From assembly GCA_963758295.1 (NCBI GenBank), contig CAVWUU010000001.1:416001-480000 (forward strand): a stretch of DNA of 64,000 nt, written 5' to 3'. Position 1 is the stretch's first letter. The number at the start of each line of letters is the position of its first letter. The notes under the pieces were generated by a model. It did no database searches and had not been told where the DNA came from. It saw nothing but the letters and a program-made list of their open reading frames with translations. Both the position numbers and the translations under genes were made by a program. Positions 8,769-22,576 of the stretch are shown piece by piece. The stretch comes from Candidatus Eremiobacteria bacterium (GTDB lineage: Bacteria > Vulcanimicrobiota > Vulcanimicrobiia > Vulcanimicrobiales > Vulcanimicrobiaceae).

Positions 8769-11700
8769 ATGCCGCGTTTAATCCGTGCCTGCGGTGTTCT
8801 ACTAACGCTCGTTCTTCTGGTGTCGTGCCTGACGCCGTCGGCCTTCGCGGGAACGACCGGTTCCCTTAGCGGCCAGGTTCTGGAAGCAGAAGGACGGGCT
8901 GCGATTGCAGGCGCTCGCGTGACGGCTACCAGCCCCTCGCAGAGCGCAAGCGTCGCGACCGATGCCTCCGGAAAATTCACGTTCATCTCGCTGATGCCGG
9001 ACACGTATTCGGTAAGCATAGAAAAGAGCGGCTACCAACCGATTTCGATCGCCGGCATTGCGGTGTTCGCCGATCAAAACCAAACGCTCGCGTTTACCCT
9101 CGAGAAGAATCTCAAAGAGATCGCGCGGGTCACCTCGCGGTCATCGCTGAGCCCCGTGCGGCCCGGAACGACAACCGACGTTTACTCCGTCAATCCGGCT
9201 CTTGCATCGGCTGCCGCTCCGGTGGGCGGCGGAGGCGGATTGAACAACGCCTATTCGGCCATTGCCTCGCAACCGGGCGCCTTCGTTCCGCCGAACCAAA
9301 TGGGCGTGAATCAGACCGTCTACATTCGCGGCGGATACTACGATCAAATCGGCTACGAATACGACGGCGTGCCGGTGAATCGCTCGTTCGATAACTATCC
9401 GGCTCATTCGGCCTCGAGCCTCGGACAGCAAGAGCTCCAAATTTACACCGGCGGCGGTCCGGCGAGTTCGAACGCGACGGGCCTCGCCGGCTTCATCAAT
9501 CAGGTCGTCCGCTCGGGCACGTATCCCGGTTTCGGCACGCTATCGGGCCGCGTGGGCTCGCCGGCGTTCTATCACGACCTTTCTTTTGAAACCGGCGGTG
9601 CTTCGCCGAACCGCTTGTTCTCGTATTACGTCGGCCTCAGCGGATTCAATCAAGATTACCGCTATCTAAACAACGACAACGGTGCCGGCCTGGGCGATCA
9701 GTTCCCGGTCACCTGGCCGAGCAACATCACGACGAATCTGGCATTCTGGCCGGCCGTTTATCCGACGTGTAATAACAACGATCCGACAAACTTGTATACG
9801 AACCCGTCGACCGCGATTTCGTGGAACGATCCGGGATGCTTCGCCTCGCTCAATCCCAACTTTGGCAATATCTCCACGATTTATGGCCGCGAGTTCGTAG
9901 CGAATCTTCATTTTGGAGTCCCACACCATAAGGACGGCGGTCGCGACGACATTCAGCTGCTCTTCACGAGTTCGTCGCAATTCCGCCATTATTACGACAG
10001 CGCGAACGATGCGCAGCCGCTACTGAGCACGCTGCAGAATGAAAACTTGACGGCGAATGGATCCGCGGTTGGTGCGTATGCGTATCAGCCGATGTGGCCG
10101 GACTTTTACACGTTTCCCGCGACGACCACGTTCATGCAGCCGGCAACCGTGCAACCTATTGCCTATGCGTTTCCCGGATCTCCGGCGAATCGCTGTTATA
10201 ACACGAGCCTGATTGGGGGACAAGATTCGGCGGCGGCGACACCGATTACGGTCCCCAACCAATGTCCCGACGGTACGGTCGCGGCGATGCCGAACGATTA
10301 TCGCGACGGACGGTGGGACCAGGCGGGCATCTTCAAAGTTCAGTATCAAAAGAATTTTGGCGGCAATGCCTACGCGCGGCTCTTCGGCTACACGTTCTAC
10401 TCGAACACCAACCGTAGCGGTGCGGTCCAACAAGGCATCACCGGCCCATACGGCTCGGCGAATCTCGGCGCCACCAATTACGATTACGAAGTGGACGGTC
10501 ACACGCGTGGATTGGAATTCCAGGCGGCGGACCAGATCAGCGATCAGCATCAGCTCGAGCTTTCACTTAGCTACGTGACAGCGAGCACGCTTCGCTATTA
10601 CAACTTCAACAACTACAACACGGGCGGCGCACCGCTAAACGATTTCACCGGTTCCAGCGGCCAGATGGTAAGCAATCTCACGAACGGCACGAACTGTTAT
10701 GCCGCGTATAGTGGAACGCTGGCCAACGGTCAGGAAAGCGTCAACGCGGGCGACCTCGCGCCATGCAACGATCCGATCACCCAAGGATCGTTTAGCGATC
10801 TCACCGGCAACTCCGATTACAGCGCCAGCGGCGCACCGCAAAACGTGGACTGCTCAGGCGGTCCGAACGAACCTATTCCTACAAATGCGTGCGCCAACGG
10901 CGCATCGTGGCGTATGACGTTTCTCGGCCAGCAGGCCTCGATCAATTCCGTAACACCGAAGTTCACGCACGCGTCGCTAAGCGACACCTGGCGCCCCTCG
11001 GACAAATGGAACATCACGGGAAGCCTGCGCTTCGACCGCGACGAGTTCGATCTCACCCCGGTTGCCGGCGATCCGGGGAAAGACTTCTGGTATTCGCGCG
11101 CACAGAAAGAATACTGTTACAACCCGCAGACGCTTCAGCCGGTCATCATTCCGCAGGAACCGCGGCTTCTTCGAGACGTCACGCCGTACGTCTCATTGAA
11201 TTGTCCGGTTATCGAAGGCGGCGTTCAAAGCGTTCATCCGGACGGCTTGAACGGACATTTGCTGCTGACCGACCAGTTCAACTCGACCTACGTGCAGACG
11301 TACTTCTCGCCGCGCTTCGGCGCGACGTACACCCTCGACCCGCAAACGGTGTTACGTTTCTCGGCCGGCCGCTTCGCGCAAGAGCCGCAAAATTACGAGG
11401 TAGAGTACAACAGTCTGGAGCCGAACCTCGCAGCGCAACTCGTCGGCTTCCTGCCGTTCGGTTTTACTACGCCGTTCCACGCGGCGCAAGCGCAGTTCTC
11501 GAACAATTACGATCTCTCGATCGAGCATCAGTTTCCGAAGACCGACATCGCCCTGAAAGCGACGCCATACTACCGATATGCAACAAATCAGTTGTATGAA
11601 TCGGTCAGCATTCCGACGCTCTTTGGCGTTTCGCCCTCGTTCAACGCCGGCACCGAAAAGACGTACGGCGTAGAACTGCAGGTGACCAAAGGCGACTTCA

Positions 11701-12635
11701 ACCGCAACGGATTCGCGGCTTCGCTGGCCTATACGTACACGAATTCAAAGGAGAAGTGGTCGAACTACGCCGGTACGGACATCAACCCGGTCGATCCGTA
11801 CAACCAAGACATCCAGCAGTTCAATCTCCTGACGAAATCGGGCGGCGGCGCTCCGTGCTACTTGAACGACCGGTCGGGGACCGGCGATCCTACCTGCGGC
11901 GCGACCTCGATCTTGAATCCGTATTACAACATGAGCGCGCAGCCGCTGTTGGACAAGAACGCCTACTACGATACGGGTCTCGACTATCCGTACATCTCGC
12001 CGAACACGTTCACGTTTATCCTGAACTATAAAGCAAACAAGTTTGCGGTCACGCCGGTCTTCACGCTCTACCAGGGCGCGACGTACGGCACGCCCTCCGA
12101 CTTCCAGGGGCTCGATCCGCGTTCGTGCCGTTCGAATCAAAGCTCGGAGGGGATTCCCGGTGCACCGAACCCGCTGACTGCCGACTACACCTCGTGCGGC
12201 GCAGCCGAAATCGGTGCGAGCGGGACGTCGCCCGGCCATCTGTACGTCCCGAATCCGTACACGGGAACCTTCGATACGTTCGGGCAGTTCCGCCAGCCCT
12301 GGCAATTCAACATGGGGCTGCAGATGAGTTATGCGTTCAGCCCGCGCGTAACCGGAAACGTGACGATAGCCAACTTGGTGAATCAATGTTTCGGCGGATC
12401 GGCCGAACCGTGGACTGCCGTTTATAAACCGAGCAGCTCGAACTGCGGTTACGGCTACAACAAGTTCTACATCAGCAACTACTACAATGGCGCAAGCCCC
12501 AACGACGTTACCGCAAACGGCGTGCCGCTGAACACCTACTTCTCGGTGCCGTTCGCCCCGTCGTACGCCGACGTGAATTCGGGGAACCTGCCGCTTCCGT
12601 TGCAAGTGTACTTCCAACTGCAGATCAAACTTTAA
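8769..12635 (+). CDS. TonB-dependent receptor with N-terminal carboxypeptidase-regulatory-like domain
   Basis: Signal peptide, GTTGSLSGQV..TDASGKF, plug region VYIRGG...YEYDGVPVN, FSPRFG, C-terminal beta-strand VYFQLQIKL. Confidence 0.85.
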   Translation: MPRLIRACGVLLTLVLLVSCLTPSAFAGTTGSLSGQVLEAEGRAAIAGARVTATSPSQSASVATDASGKFTFISLMPDTYSVSIEKSGYQPISIAGIAVFADQNQTLAFTLEKNLKEIARVTSRSSLSPVRPGTTTDVYSVNPALASAAAPVGGGGGLNNAYSAIASQPGAFVPPNQMGVNQTVYIRGGYYDQIGYEYDGVPVNRSFDNYPAHSASSLGQQELQIYTGGGPASSNATGLAGFINQVVRSGTYPGFGTLSGRVGSPAFYHDLSFETGGASPNRLFSYYVGLSGFNQDYRYLNNDNGAGLGDQFPVTWPSNITTNLAFWPAVYPTCNNNDPTNLYTNPSTAISWNDPGCFASLNPNFGNISTIYGREFVANLHFGVPHHKDGGRDDIQLLFTSSSQFRHYYDSANDAQPLLSTLQNENLTANGSAVGAYAYQPMWPDFYTFPATTTFMQPATVQPIAYAFPGSPANRCYNTSLIGGQDSAAATPITVPNQCPDGTVAAMPNDYRDGRWDQAGIFKVQYQKNFGGNAYARLFGYTFYSNTNRSGAVQQGITGPYGSANLGATNYDYEVDGHTRGLEFQAADQISDQHQLELSLSYVTASTLRYYNFNNYNTGGAPLNDFTGSSGQMVSNLTNGTNCYAAYSGTLANGQESVNAGDLAPCNDPITQGSFSDLTGNSDYSASGAPQNVDCSGGPNEPIPTNACANGASWRMTFLGQQASINSVTPKFTHASLSDTWRPSDKWNITGSLRFDRDEFDLTPVAGDPGKDFWYSRAQKEYCYNPQTLQPVIIPQEPRLLRDVTPYVSLNCPVIEGGVQSVHPDGLNGHLLLTDQFNSTYVQTYFSPRFGATYTLDPQTVLRFSAGRFAQEPQNYEVEYNSLEPNLAAQLVGFLPFGFTTPFHAAQAQFSNNYDLSIEHQFPKTDIALKATPYYRYATNQLYESVSIPTLFGVSPSFNAGTEKTYGVELQVTKGDFNRNGFAASLAYTYTNSKEKWSNYAGTDINPVDPYNQDIQQFNLLTKSGGGAPCYLNDRSGTGDPTCGATSILNPYYNMSAQPLLDKNAYYDTGLDYPYISPNTFTFILNYKANKFAVTPVFTLYQGATYGTPSDFQGLDPRSCRSNQSSEGIPGAPNPLTADYTSCGAAEIGASGTSPGHLYVPNPYTGTFDTFGQFRQPWQFNMGLQMSYAFSPRVTGNVTIANLVNQCFGGSAEPWTAVYKPSSSNCGYGYNKFYISNYYNGASPNDVTANGVPLNTYFSVPFAPSYADVNSGNLPLPLQVYFQLQIKL

Positions 12636-14591
12636 ATGCGGGCGATAGCGGCCGCGGTGGCCGCTTCGCTGCTGATCGGCGCGGGAGCGGCGCCCCCGCG
12701 CTTCTCCCTCGACGCGATGCAGCGCATCGTGGAAGTATCCGGGGCCGTCATCTCGCCGGACGGCAATTACATCGCGTACGTGACCACGCAAAACGTGCTC
12801 GAGCGAAACTCCCGTGTCGACACGTTGCACGTTTACGACCTTCAGACTCGCACCGATCGCGCCGCTTCGTTCCGGCACGAATCGTATTCGAGCCTGCAGT
12901 GGTCGTGGAACGGGCATTTGGCGTACGTTGCCGATGACGCGACGAAGAATGCCGATGAAATCTTTGTTACTGATGCGGGGCTCGCGCCGGAGCGCCGGTT
13001 AACTTCCGGAACGGACGTTTTGGAATTGGCATGGAGCCACGACGGGCGAAGATTGGCGTTTTTGCGCCATGATCCTGAGCCGTCCAAGAGTGGCGCGGCG
13101 AAGTACCGTGACGCTTTTGAAGTCACCGATAACGCGTATCTTTCCACAAAGAATCCGAAGCCGGTACATTTATGGACCGTCACGCTCGACGGTCGAGAAC
13201 AGCGGCTGACCGGCGGAACGTGGAGCCTTCGCGACTCGTCGATTTCGTGGTCGCTAAGCGACCGCGCGATTTTATACGAGCGAGTTCCGAATGCGATTTA
13301 CGGAATACGCGATCGCTCCAAAGCCGAACTCATTGATGTCGAGACCGGTCGCACTTCGCCCGCGAGCCCCTTTTCCTCACTCGAGAATCAGGCGATCTTC
13401 TCTCCCGGCGGACGAATCGCTGCGATGCTTTATCCGCGAGACGGCACGCCGCAAGGTGCGCCCGCCGTATGGATGTTGCGACGGGCGGGAAAACGGCCCC
13501 GTTTGCTTACCAGCAGTTTGGACCGCCACGTCGAGGATTTCGCATGGTACGACGAGTCACGCGTGCTGGTGCGCGCCTACGACCGAACGCGTGCGCGGTT
13601 GTACCTTGCCGGCATCGACGGAAAAATCCAAGCGCTTCCGTTAGGGGAAGTTCGCGACGCATCGATCGACTCGCAACAAAGCGTCGACGGGCACGGAGAC
13701 GTGGTCTTCACGGGTTCGACGGCGACGCAGCCGCCGGAGTTGTTTCTCTTACGCCGGGGAGCGCCGGTGCCGGATCGGCTCTCGTCGTTCAACGCATGGA
13801 TCTCCGGATTCAGCGTGGGACGTCAAACCGAGATCCAGTGGAAGAGCGGCGCCTTCGTCGAGTACGGCGTTCTCACGTATCCGCCGGGCTACGATTCGCA
13901 CCGGAAGTATCCGCTGGCCATCCGGGTTCATGGCGGTCCGGCGCTTTCCGCACTCACCGCGTTCGACCCGTTCTATCAAGCGGCAGCGGCGCGCGGATAT
14001 GTCGTGCTCGCACCGAACTACCGCGGCTCCAGCAATAACGGAAATGCGTTCGAGCGTTCGATCTTCAACGACGCGAGCGTCGGTCCGGGCAGCGACGTTA
14101 TCGCGTCGATCGACGCGGTCAAACGAATGCGAATCATCGATCCGAGCCGGATCGGCGTTTCAGGCTGGTCGTACGGCGGCCAGCTCACGAGTTGGCTGAT
14201 CGCGAGATATCACATTTTTAAAGCCGCAGTCGCAGGCGCCGGCGTTCACGATCTTGTCGTCGATTACGCGATTGCCGACGACTATGACGACGATCTTCAC
14301 GCGTTTTCGTCGCCGCCGCACGCGGCTGGTTCTCTGCAGAAGTGGCAACGCCAATCGCCCATTTCGTTCGTCAGTGACATTCGAACGCCGACGCTGATTC
14401 TAGGGAACGTTTACGACGTGCGCGTCCCAATCGTCGAATCTTACGAACTGTATCACGCGCTGCGCGATCGCGGCGTCCCGGTTAAGTTCTACGCGTATCC
14501 CACCGGCGGCCATCTTCCGAACGGTCCGGTCCGCCTCGCCGATGCTTATGGCAAATGGCTCGATTGGTTCGACAAATATTTGCGCCGGTAA
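12636..14591 (+). CDS. Secreted S9-family (prolyl oligopeptidase-like) peptidase
   Basis: Signal peptide, propeller repeats (SPDG, WSHDG), HGGP, NYRGS, GWSYGG, DVRVP and GGH. Confidence 0.92.
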   Translation: MRAIAAAVAASLLIGAGAAPPRFSLDAMQRIVEVSGAVISPDGNYIAYVTTQNVLERNSRVDTLHVYDLQTRTDRAASFRHESYSSLQWSWNGHLAYVADDATKNADEIFVTDAGLAPERRLTSGTDVLELAWSHDGRRLAFLRHDPEPSKSGAAKYRDAFEVTDNAYLSTKNPKPVHLWTVTLDGREQRLTGGTWSLRDSSISWSLSDRAILYERVPNAIYGIRDRSKAELIDVETGRTSPASPFSSLENQAIFSPGGRIAAMLYPRDGTPQGAPAVWMLRRAGKRPRLLTSSLDRHVEDFAWYDESRVLVRAYDRTRARLYLAGIDGKIQALPLGEVRDASIDSQQSVDGHGDVVFTGSTATQPPELFLLRRGAPVPDRLSSFNAWISGFSVGRQTEIQWKSGAFVEYGVLTYPPGYDSHRKYPLAIRVHGGPALSALTAFDPFYQAAAARGYVVLAPNYRGSSNNGNAFERSIFNDASVGPGSDVIASIDAVKRMRIIDPSRIGVSGWSYGGQLTSWLIARYHIFKAAVAGAGVHDLVVDYAIADDYDDDLHAFSSPPHAAGSLQKWQRQSPISFVSDIRTPTLILGNVYDVRVPIVESYELYHALRDRGVPVKFYAYPTGGHLPNGPVRLADAYGKWLDWFDKYLRR

Positions 14592-14636
14592 AACGCCGGT
14601 GCACCAAAGCGACTTCGCATACTCTTAGTATACTAG

Positions 14637-14686
14637 TTGACGGCGACGGCGCGTTGCGGTATGTTACAACTACGAATCTAGGAGTT
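14637..14686 (+). promoter_or_regulatory. Sigma70 promoter with candidate BlaI operator
   Basis: TTGACG (14637)-17 nt-TATGTT (14660); imperfect inverted repeat AACTAC-N7-GGAGTT (14668-14686) over the likely +1 and RBS. Confidence 0.55.
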
Positions 14687-14689
14687 GCG

Positions 14690-16144
14690 ATGAACAGGAC
14701 CGCAATCCTCGCGTTGGTGCTTGCTGCATGGGCTGTGTTCTCAAGCGCCTGCGCCGCGGAAACTCGATCGCCCGCGATAATTGCCTCTACCGAGGCTTCG
14801 GTGGATCCTCGCGTCACCCACGCCGCCAAGATCCTTTTTTTAGCCGCCCAAAATGGAACCGTTACCCGGTCTGAACTGGCGCCGCGCGTGCGTTCGCTGC
14901 TGACGCCAAAGCTAGTGCGCGATACAGCACGAGAGCTGAAGAAGAGCGGCGCGCCAACGGCGTTCGCGTTCGAAGGCTCGCGTGATCTTACGATGGCGCC
15001 CGGAAAAGGTTATCTTTACCGCGTGAGCTTCGCGCGCGCTCCAGACTTGAGCTGGTACGTCGGCTTCACTCCGAGCCTTCAAGTCCTGGGAATGTTTTTC
15101 TTTCCTTACGAGCAGCGCATGCATCTCAGCGAGAGTGAAGTTATCGCTCAGTTGCGGGCGAAGCTCCAACGAGATGCGGCGGCCGGCCGGTTTTCGGGCG
15201 CCGTGCTGCTGGCGAAGGACGGTGCGCCGGTCTTTTCGCAGGCGTACGGTCTTGCCGACCGTTCGAAAAAGATTCGAAATACGCTCGACACCAAATTCCG
15301 CGTCGGTTCGATGAACAAAATGTTTACGGCTGTGTCCATTTTACAGCTCGTCCAGGCCGGCAAGGTGCGTCTCGAGGAAACGGTGGGGGAACTCATTCCG
15401 GCTTATCCCAATCGTGAGATCGCTTCGAGAGTTACCGTCGAGCAGCTTTTGACGCACACCGGTGGCACGGGCGATTTCTTCGGACCGCTGTTCGACGCAA
15501 ATAGGAAGAACTTACGGACGCTCGACGATTACATAAAGCTTTACGGGAAGCGCGGTCCGAGGTTTCCGCCCGGCAGCCGCTTTGAATACAGCAACTACGG
15601 CTTCATTCTGCTTGGAAAGATCGTCGAGAACGCGAGCGGCGAAGATTACTATGACTACGTAAACAAACATATCTACGAGCCAGCGAATATGAACTCGACC
15701 GGCTCCCTTCCGGAAAACGAGTCGGTCCCGGATCGCAGCGTCGGTTATACCAGCGAGCATGGAAAGCTCGTTTCGAACGCCGATACGCTGCCATACCGAG
15801 GGATATCCGCCGGCGGCGGCTATTCGACCGTCGGAGATCTGCTTCGCTTCGCTGACGCGCTACAATCGAATCGCCTCCTTGAGGAAAAGTACACGTCGAT
15901 GCTCACGACGGGTCGAGTGCTGATGCCCGCGTTACCGGACGTCCAGCGCAAGTATGCGTTCGGCTTCGCCGATCAGACCCAGAACGGGATTCGCTGCTTC
16001 GGCCACGACGGCGGAGCACCCGGCATGAGCGGCATGTTGCAAATCTGCCCGGCGAACGGCTATGTCATCGCCGTGCTCGCGAATATCGATCCGCCCGTCG
16101 CGGACTTTGTCGCCGACTTCATTGTTAATCGCTTACCGAAGTAA
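14690..16144 (+). CDS. Secreted serine hydrolase, beta-lactamase (class C-like) family
   Basis: GGAG RBS, signal peptide, SMNK (SxxK), LLTHTGG, YSN and GHDGG. Confidence 0.9.
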   Translation: MNRTAILALVLAAWAVFSSACAAETRSPAIIASTEASVDPRVTHAAKILFLAAQNGTVTRSELAPRVRSLLTPKLVRDTARELKKSGAPTAFAFEGSRDLTMAPGKGYLYRVSFARAPDLSWYVGFTPSLQVLGMFFFPYEQRMHLSESEVIAQLRAKLQRDAAAGRFSGAVLLAKDGAPVFSQAYGLADRSKKIRNTLDTKFRVGSMNKMFTAVSILQLVQAGKVRLEETVGELIPAYPNREIASRVTVEQLLTHTGGTGDFFGPLFDANRKNLRTLDDYIKLYGKRGPRFPPGSRFEYSNYGFILLGKIVENASGEDYYDYVNKHIYEPANMNSTGSLPENESVPDRSVGYTSEHGKLVSNADTLPYRGISAGGGYSTVGDLLRFADALQSNRLLEEKYTSMLTTGRVLMPALPDVQRKYAFGFADQTQNGIRCFGHDGGAPGMSGMLQICPANGYVIAVLANIDPPVADFVADFIVNRLPK

Positions 16145-16147
16145 ATC

Positions 16148-16530
16148 GTGCCGAGAAAAAAAGCGTTGGTATTGACCGATCACGAGCTACGCTTGATGAC
16201 GGCGTTGTGGGCGAAGGGCCGTGCCACCGTCGCGGACGTCACCTCCGCGCTGGCGCCCCCTCTCCCTGCCTATAACACCGTTCTTTCCACAATGCGCACG
16301 CTGGAGCAAAAGGGCTACGTAGCGCATGAGGAATGCAAACGCGCTTTCGTCTATTACCCGCTCGTCGAACGCGCCGACGCAGCAAAGTCGGCCGTGAGCC
16401 AAGTGCTCGCGCGATTCTTTCAAAACTCACCGAACGCGCTCGCGATGACCTTGTTAGACGACGTTCCGCTAAGCCAAGCGGATCGCCGGCGCATTCGCGA
16501 ACTTCTCGAACCGCAGCGAAGAGGCAAGAA

Positions 16531-16534
<4 letters not shown>
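16148..16534 (+). CDS. BlaI/MecI/CopY-family repressor
   Basis: LTDHELRLMTALW..G.ATV, AYNTV...LEQKGYV, RAFVYYP. Confidence 0.92.
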
Positions 16535-19382
<2,848 letters not shown>

Positions 19383-19404
19383 ACACCCCGCTTCGGTCTT
19401 TAAG

Positions 19405-19441
19405 AAAAAGCCCGGCACGGAACCTTCCCGTGCCGGGCTTT
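19405..19441. terminator. Bidirectional intrinsic terminator
   Basis: AAAGCCCGGCACGG-loop-CCGTGCCGGGCTTT between convergent genes. Confidence 0.85.
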
Positions 19442-19458
19442 CGATTTGCGGGCGTCTT

Positions 19459-22400
19459 TTAGGGTTCGCGCGGGATCGACGGGAGGGCCTGAAGGCCGGC
19501 TTTCGTTAGTTCGCCGTTGAGTTGCGGCAGCGAAGCTGCGAATGCGTTATACGCGTCGCGCGCATTGCGATACTCTGCGTCTATGCGAGCGTAGAACTGG
19601 GCCGCAGCAGGCGTCACGATGGCTTGCACCGGGAATGACTGGAGCGATGTGAAGGCGCCGTCGAGATTTTCGCGGAGCGAGCCCGGACGAGACACCGAGT
19701 CTTCGCCGTTTGTGTACGCCGCGGTTAGACGCGCCATGACCGAGGCACGTCCCTGACGCGCGTGTTCGAGCGCCGCCCGTGCGCCTTCACCTTGCGGTTG
19801 CTGAGCGACAATCGCTTTCCCAACCTTATCGAGGTTATTCAGCATCACGTCGACGCTGGAATACAGTGAGTTGAGCTTCGCAAAGGCATTATAACTTTGC
19901 TGCATTTGCCCGAGCGTCAACGTCGCTTGCGGATCGGGCTTGACGGTGAAGGCCTGAACGAACGTGCGGCCGTTTAAGGTGATCCGCGCGCTGTAACGGC
20001 CGGGAACGACCATCGGTCCATCGTCAGGCCCGGCAAATCCCGGATTCGGCGCGCCGGTCCATCTTACGGGCGGCGCAGCCGTGAAGTTCCAAACGATGCG
20101 ATTGATTCCAGCGTCATTCGTGCCGCGTAACGTGCGAACTGTCCGCCCAGAAGCATCGAGGATCGCAACCTCCGGCGCGCGAGCTTGTTGCGTCGACTGA
20201 TAGTAGGAAACCGGCACGCCGTACGGCGGGTTCGCCGACGCGTATTGCGTGTAGAGTCCTTCGGTGTTGTTCGTGAGGTTGTATTCGTAAGAGGTGCGCG
20301 GCGCAAAAAGCATCGCGCCTGCGCCAACGGCTTGCGGAAGATCTTGCAGCGGACGAATGTCGTCCATTACCCAAATGGAACGGCCGTGCGTCGCGATGAC
20401 GAGATCGTTGAAATGCGGCTGGATGCGAATATCTCGCACGGAGACGGCCGGCATGTTATTGCGAAGGCTTTGCCAATGCGCGCCACGATCGTACGACACC
20501 CACAGGCCCTGTTCGGTGCCAAGATAGACGACCGCCGCGTTGCGAGTGTCGGGGCGGATTGCGCGCGTCCACAGTTCGCGCGGCAATCCGCCGGCGATCG
20601 ATTGCCAATGCGCGCCGCTGTCGTGCGTAACCCATACGTGGGGTGCGCTGTCGCCCATTAAGTGGGCGTCTTCTACGGCATACGCCGTTGCGCGCTCAAG
20701 CGGTGACGGCGCTACGGTTTCGAAGCGGCCGTTGGGATTTGCATCCGGCGGCGTGACGTTTTTCCAATGTGCACCGCCGTCCCGCGTCATCTGGACGTAC
20801 CCGTCGTCGGTGCCGGCCCAAATCTCGCCGGGCGATACCGGTGATCCCTCGATGTCAAGAATCGTATCGGTGTACTCGGCGCCCGTTACATCGTGTGTGA
20901 TGGGGCCGCCCGCAGGCGCTTGATGGGCTTTGTCGTTCCGCGTGAGATCCGGGCTGATGGGATGCCAGCGATAGCCGCCGTCGGTAGATTGAAATACCAC
21001 GTTTCCGCCGAACCACGCAATGCGCGGATCCCAGGGTGCGAACCCGATCGGCGATTCCCAGTTGAAGCGATACGGGCTCGTCCCGACGTTGTAGTCTTCC
21101 TGAACGCTCGTGAAGTACGGTTGCGTGAACGTGTATTCGCGCGAACGACGGTTGAACAGGAAGAGCGCGCCGTCCTGACCGTCGGACCAAATGACGTTTG
21201 CATTACGGGGATCCGGGATTGCCCACTGGCCGTCATCGTCTTGGACGGGTGCAAACCATCCGGCATTGCTGTTGCCGGCCATGTCGAGCGAATTCGACGG
21301 TCCGCAGTACGAATTGTTGTCTTGCAAGCCGCCGCAGATCGTGTACGGATTGTCATTACCCAAACCAACGCGGTAAAACTGGCCGATCGGGATGTTTGCC
21401 CAGAACGCCCACGTACCGCCTCCGTTAACGCTTAGCGCGTATCCCCCGTCTTCCCCGACGATGATGCGCTTGGAGTCGTTGGGCGCAATCCAAATCGAGT
21501 GATAGTCGCCGTGCACGTTCCTCGCAATCGCCTTGAACGTTTTTCCGCCGTCTTTACTTTCCGCAAGGGACGTCGACGCGGTGTAGACGTGGTCGGGATT
21601 AGCCGGATCCACTTCGATGTGCGAAAAGTAAAACGGCCGCTGATCGACGAGTGTATTGGAGCTCACCAGCGTCCACGTTTTTCCATCGTCGTCCGAACGC
21701 CACAAGATTCCGTGCTTCGATTCGATCAAAGCATAAATGCGATTCGGATCGCTGGGCGAGACGGCAAGACCGATGCGGCCGGTGATCCCTTCCGGCAGAC
21801 CGCCGCCGGTGAGACGCGTCCACGTGCGTCCACCATCCGTCGAACGGTAAAGCCCATCGCGATCGCCGCCGGAGCGAAACGTCCACGGCCGCCGTTGGAA
21901 CTCCCACACGCCTGCATAGACCACGTTCGGCGTGCGCGGGCTCATTGCCAGATCGGAGATGCCGCTGCTGGGTCCGCCGTCGAGCGTCTTCGTCCACGTT
22001 TTGCCGCCGTCGAACGTTACGTATGCGCCCCGATCCGAGGAGTCGGCAAAAACGTTGCCGAGCGCGCCGACGATCACGTGCTGTGAATTATTCGGATCGA
22101 TCAAGATGCGCGCGATGTGCTTGGTTGCAGCTAGGCCGACGTTCGTCCACGTTTTGCCGCCGTCGATCGTTTTATACACGCCGTCGCCGTAGCTCACGTC
22201 GTTGCGGGGATTCGATTCACCGGTTCCGACCCAGACCGTGTCGTCGTTCGCCGGATCGATAGCGACCGCGCCGATCGCTCCAACGTTTTCCTGGTCGAAC
22301 ACCGGCGTCCACGCCGCCCCTGCGCTCGTGCTTTTCCAGACGCCGCCGCCGGCGGACCCGAGATAGTACAGGTTGGGATCGTGCGCCGATCCCGCGACGC

Positions 22401-22542
22401 TCGTAACGCGGCCGCCGCCGATGGCGGGCCCGGCTTCGCGCCACGGAATGTTACCGGTAGGAAGCTGCGCGGCTCCGGCCGCGGGCGCTAAAAGCGCAAC
22501 GAACCCAGCGAGGGCGATAACCGATCGAATCATATCGTGCAA
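19459..22542 (-). CDS. Secreted VPS10/sortilin-like BNR-repeat beta-propeller protein (often labelled glycosyl hydrolase)
   Basis: Signal peptide, WREAGP..GGR, many Asp-box S/TxDGGxTW repeats, GGLQDN, ATHGRS.W. Confidence 0.88.
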   Translation of the reverse strand: MHDMIRSVIALAGFVALLAPAAGAAQLPTGNIPWREAGPAIGGGRVTSVAGSAHDPNLYYLGSAGGGVWKSTSAGAAWTPVFDQENVGAIGAVAIDPANDDTVWVGTGESNPRNDVSYGDGVYKTIDGGKTWTNVGLAATKHIARILIDPNNSQHVIVGALGNVFADSSDRGAYVTFDGGKTWTKTLDGGPSSGISDLAMSPRTPNVVYAGVWEFQRRPWTFRSGGDRDGLYRSTDGGRTWTRLTGGGLPEGITGRIGLAVSPSDPNRIYALIESKHGILWRSDDDGKTWTLVSSNTLVDQRPFYFSHIEVDPANPDHVYTASTSLAESKDGGKTFKAIARNVHGDYHSIWIAPNDSKRIIVGEDGGYALSVNGGGTWAFWANIPIGQFYRVGLGNDNPYTICGGLQDNNSYCGPSNSLDMAGNSNAGWFAPVQDDDGQWAIPDPRNANVIWSDGQDGALFLFNRRSREYTFTQPYFTSVQEDYNVGTSPYRFNWESPIGFAPWDPRIAWFGGNVVFQSTDGGYRWHPISPDLTRNDKAHQAPAGGPITHDVTGAEYTDTILDIEGSPVSPGEIWAGTDDGYVQMTRDGGAHWKNVTPPDANPNGRFETVAPSPLERATAYAVEDAHLMGDSAPHVWVTHDSGAHWQSIAGGLPRELWTRAIRPDTRNAAVVYLGTEQGLWVSYDRGAHWQSLRNNMPAVSVRDIRIQPHFNDLVIATHGRSIWVMDDIRPLQDLPQAVGAGAMLFAPRTSYEYNLTNNTEGLYTQYASANPPYGVPVSYYQSTQQARAPEVAILDASGRTVRTLRGTNDAGINRIVWNFTAAPPVRWTGAPNPGFAGPDDGPMVVPGRYSARITLNGRTFVQAFTVKPDPQATLTLGQMQQSYNAFAKLNSLYSSVDVMLNNLDKVGKAIVAQQPQGEGARAALEHARQGRASVMARLTAAYTNGEDSVSRPGSLRENLDGAFTSLQSFPVQAIVTPAAAQFYARIDAEYRNARDAYNAFAASLPQLNGELTKAGLQALPSIPREP

Positions 22543-22576
22543 TTACCGCCGCGGAAATGCCATCACCTCGTAAGGC

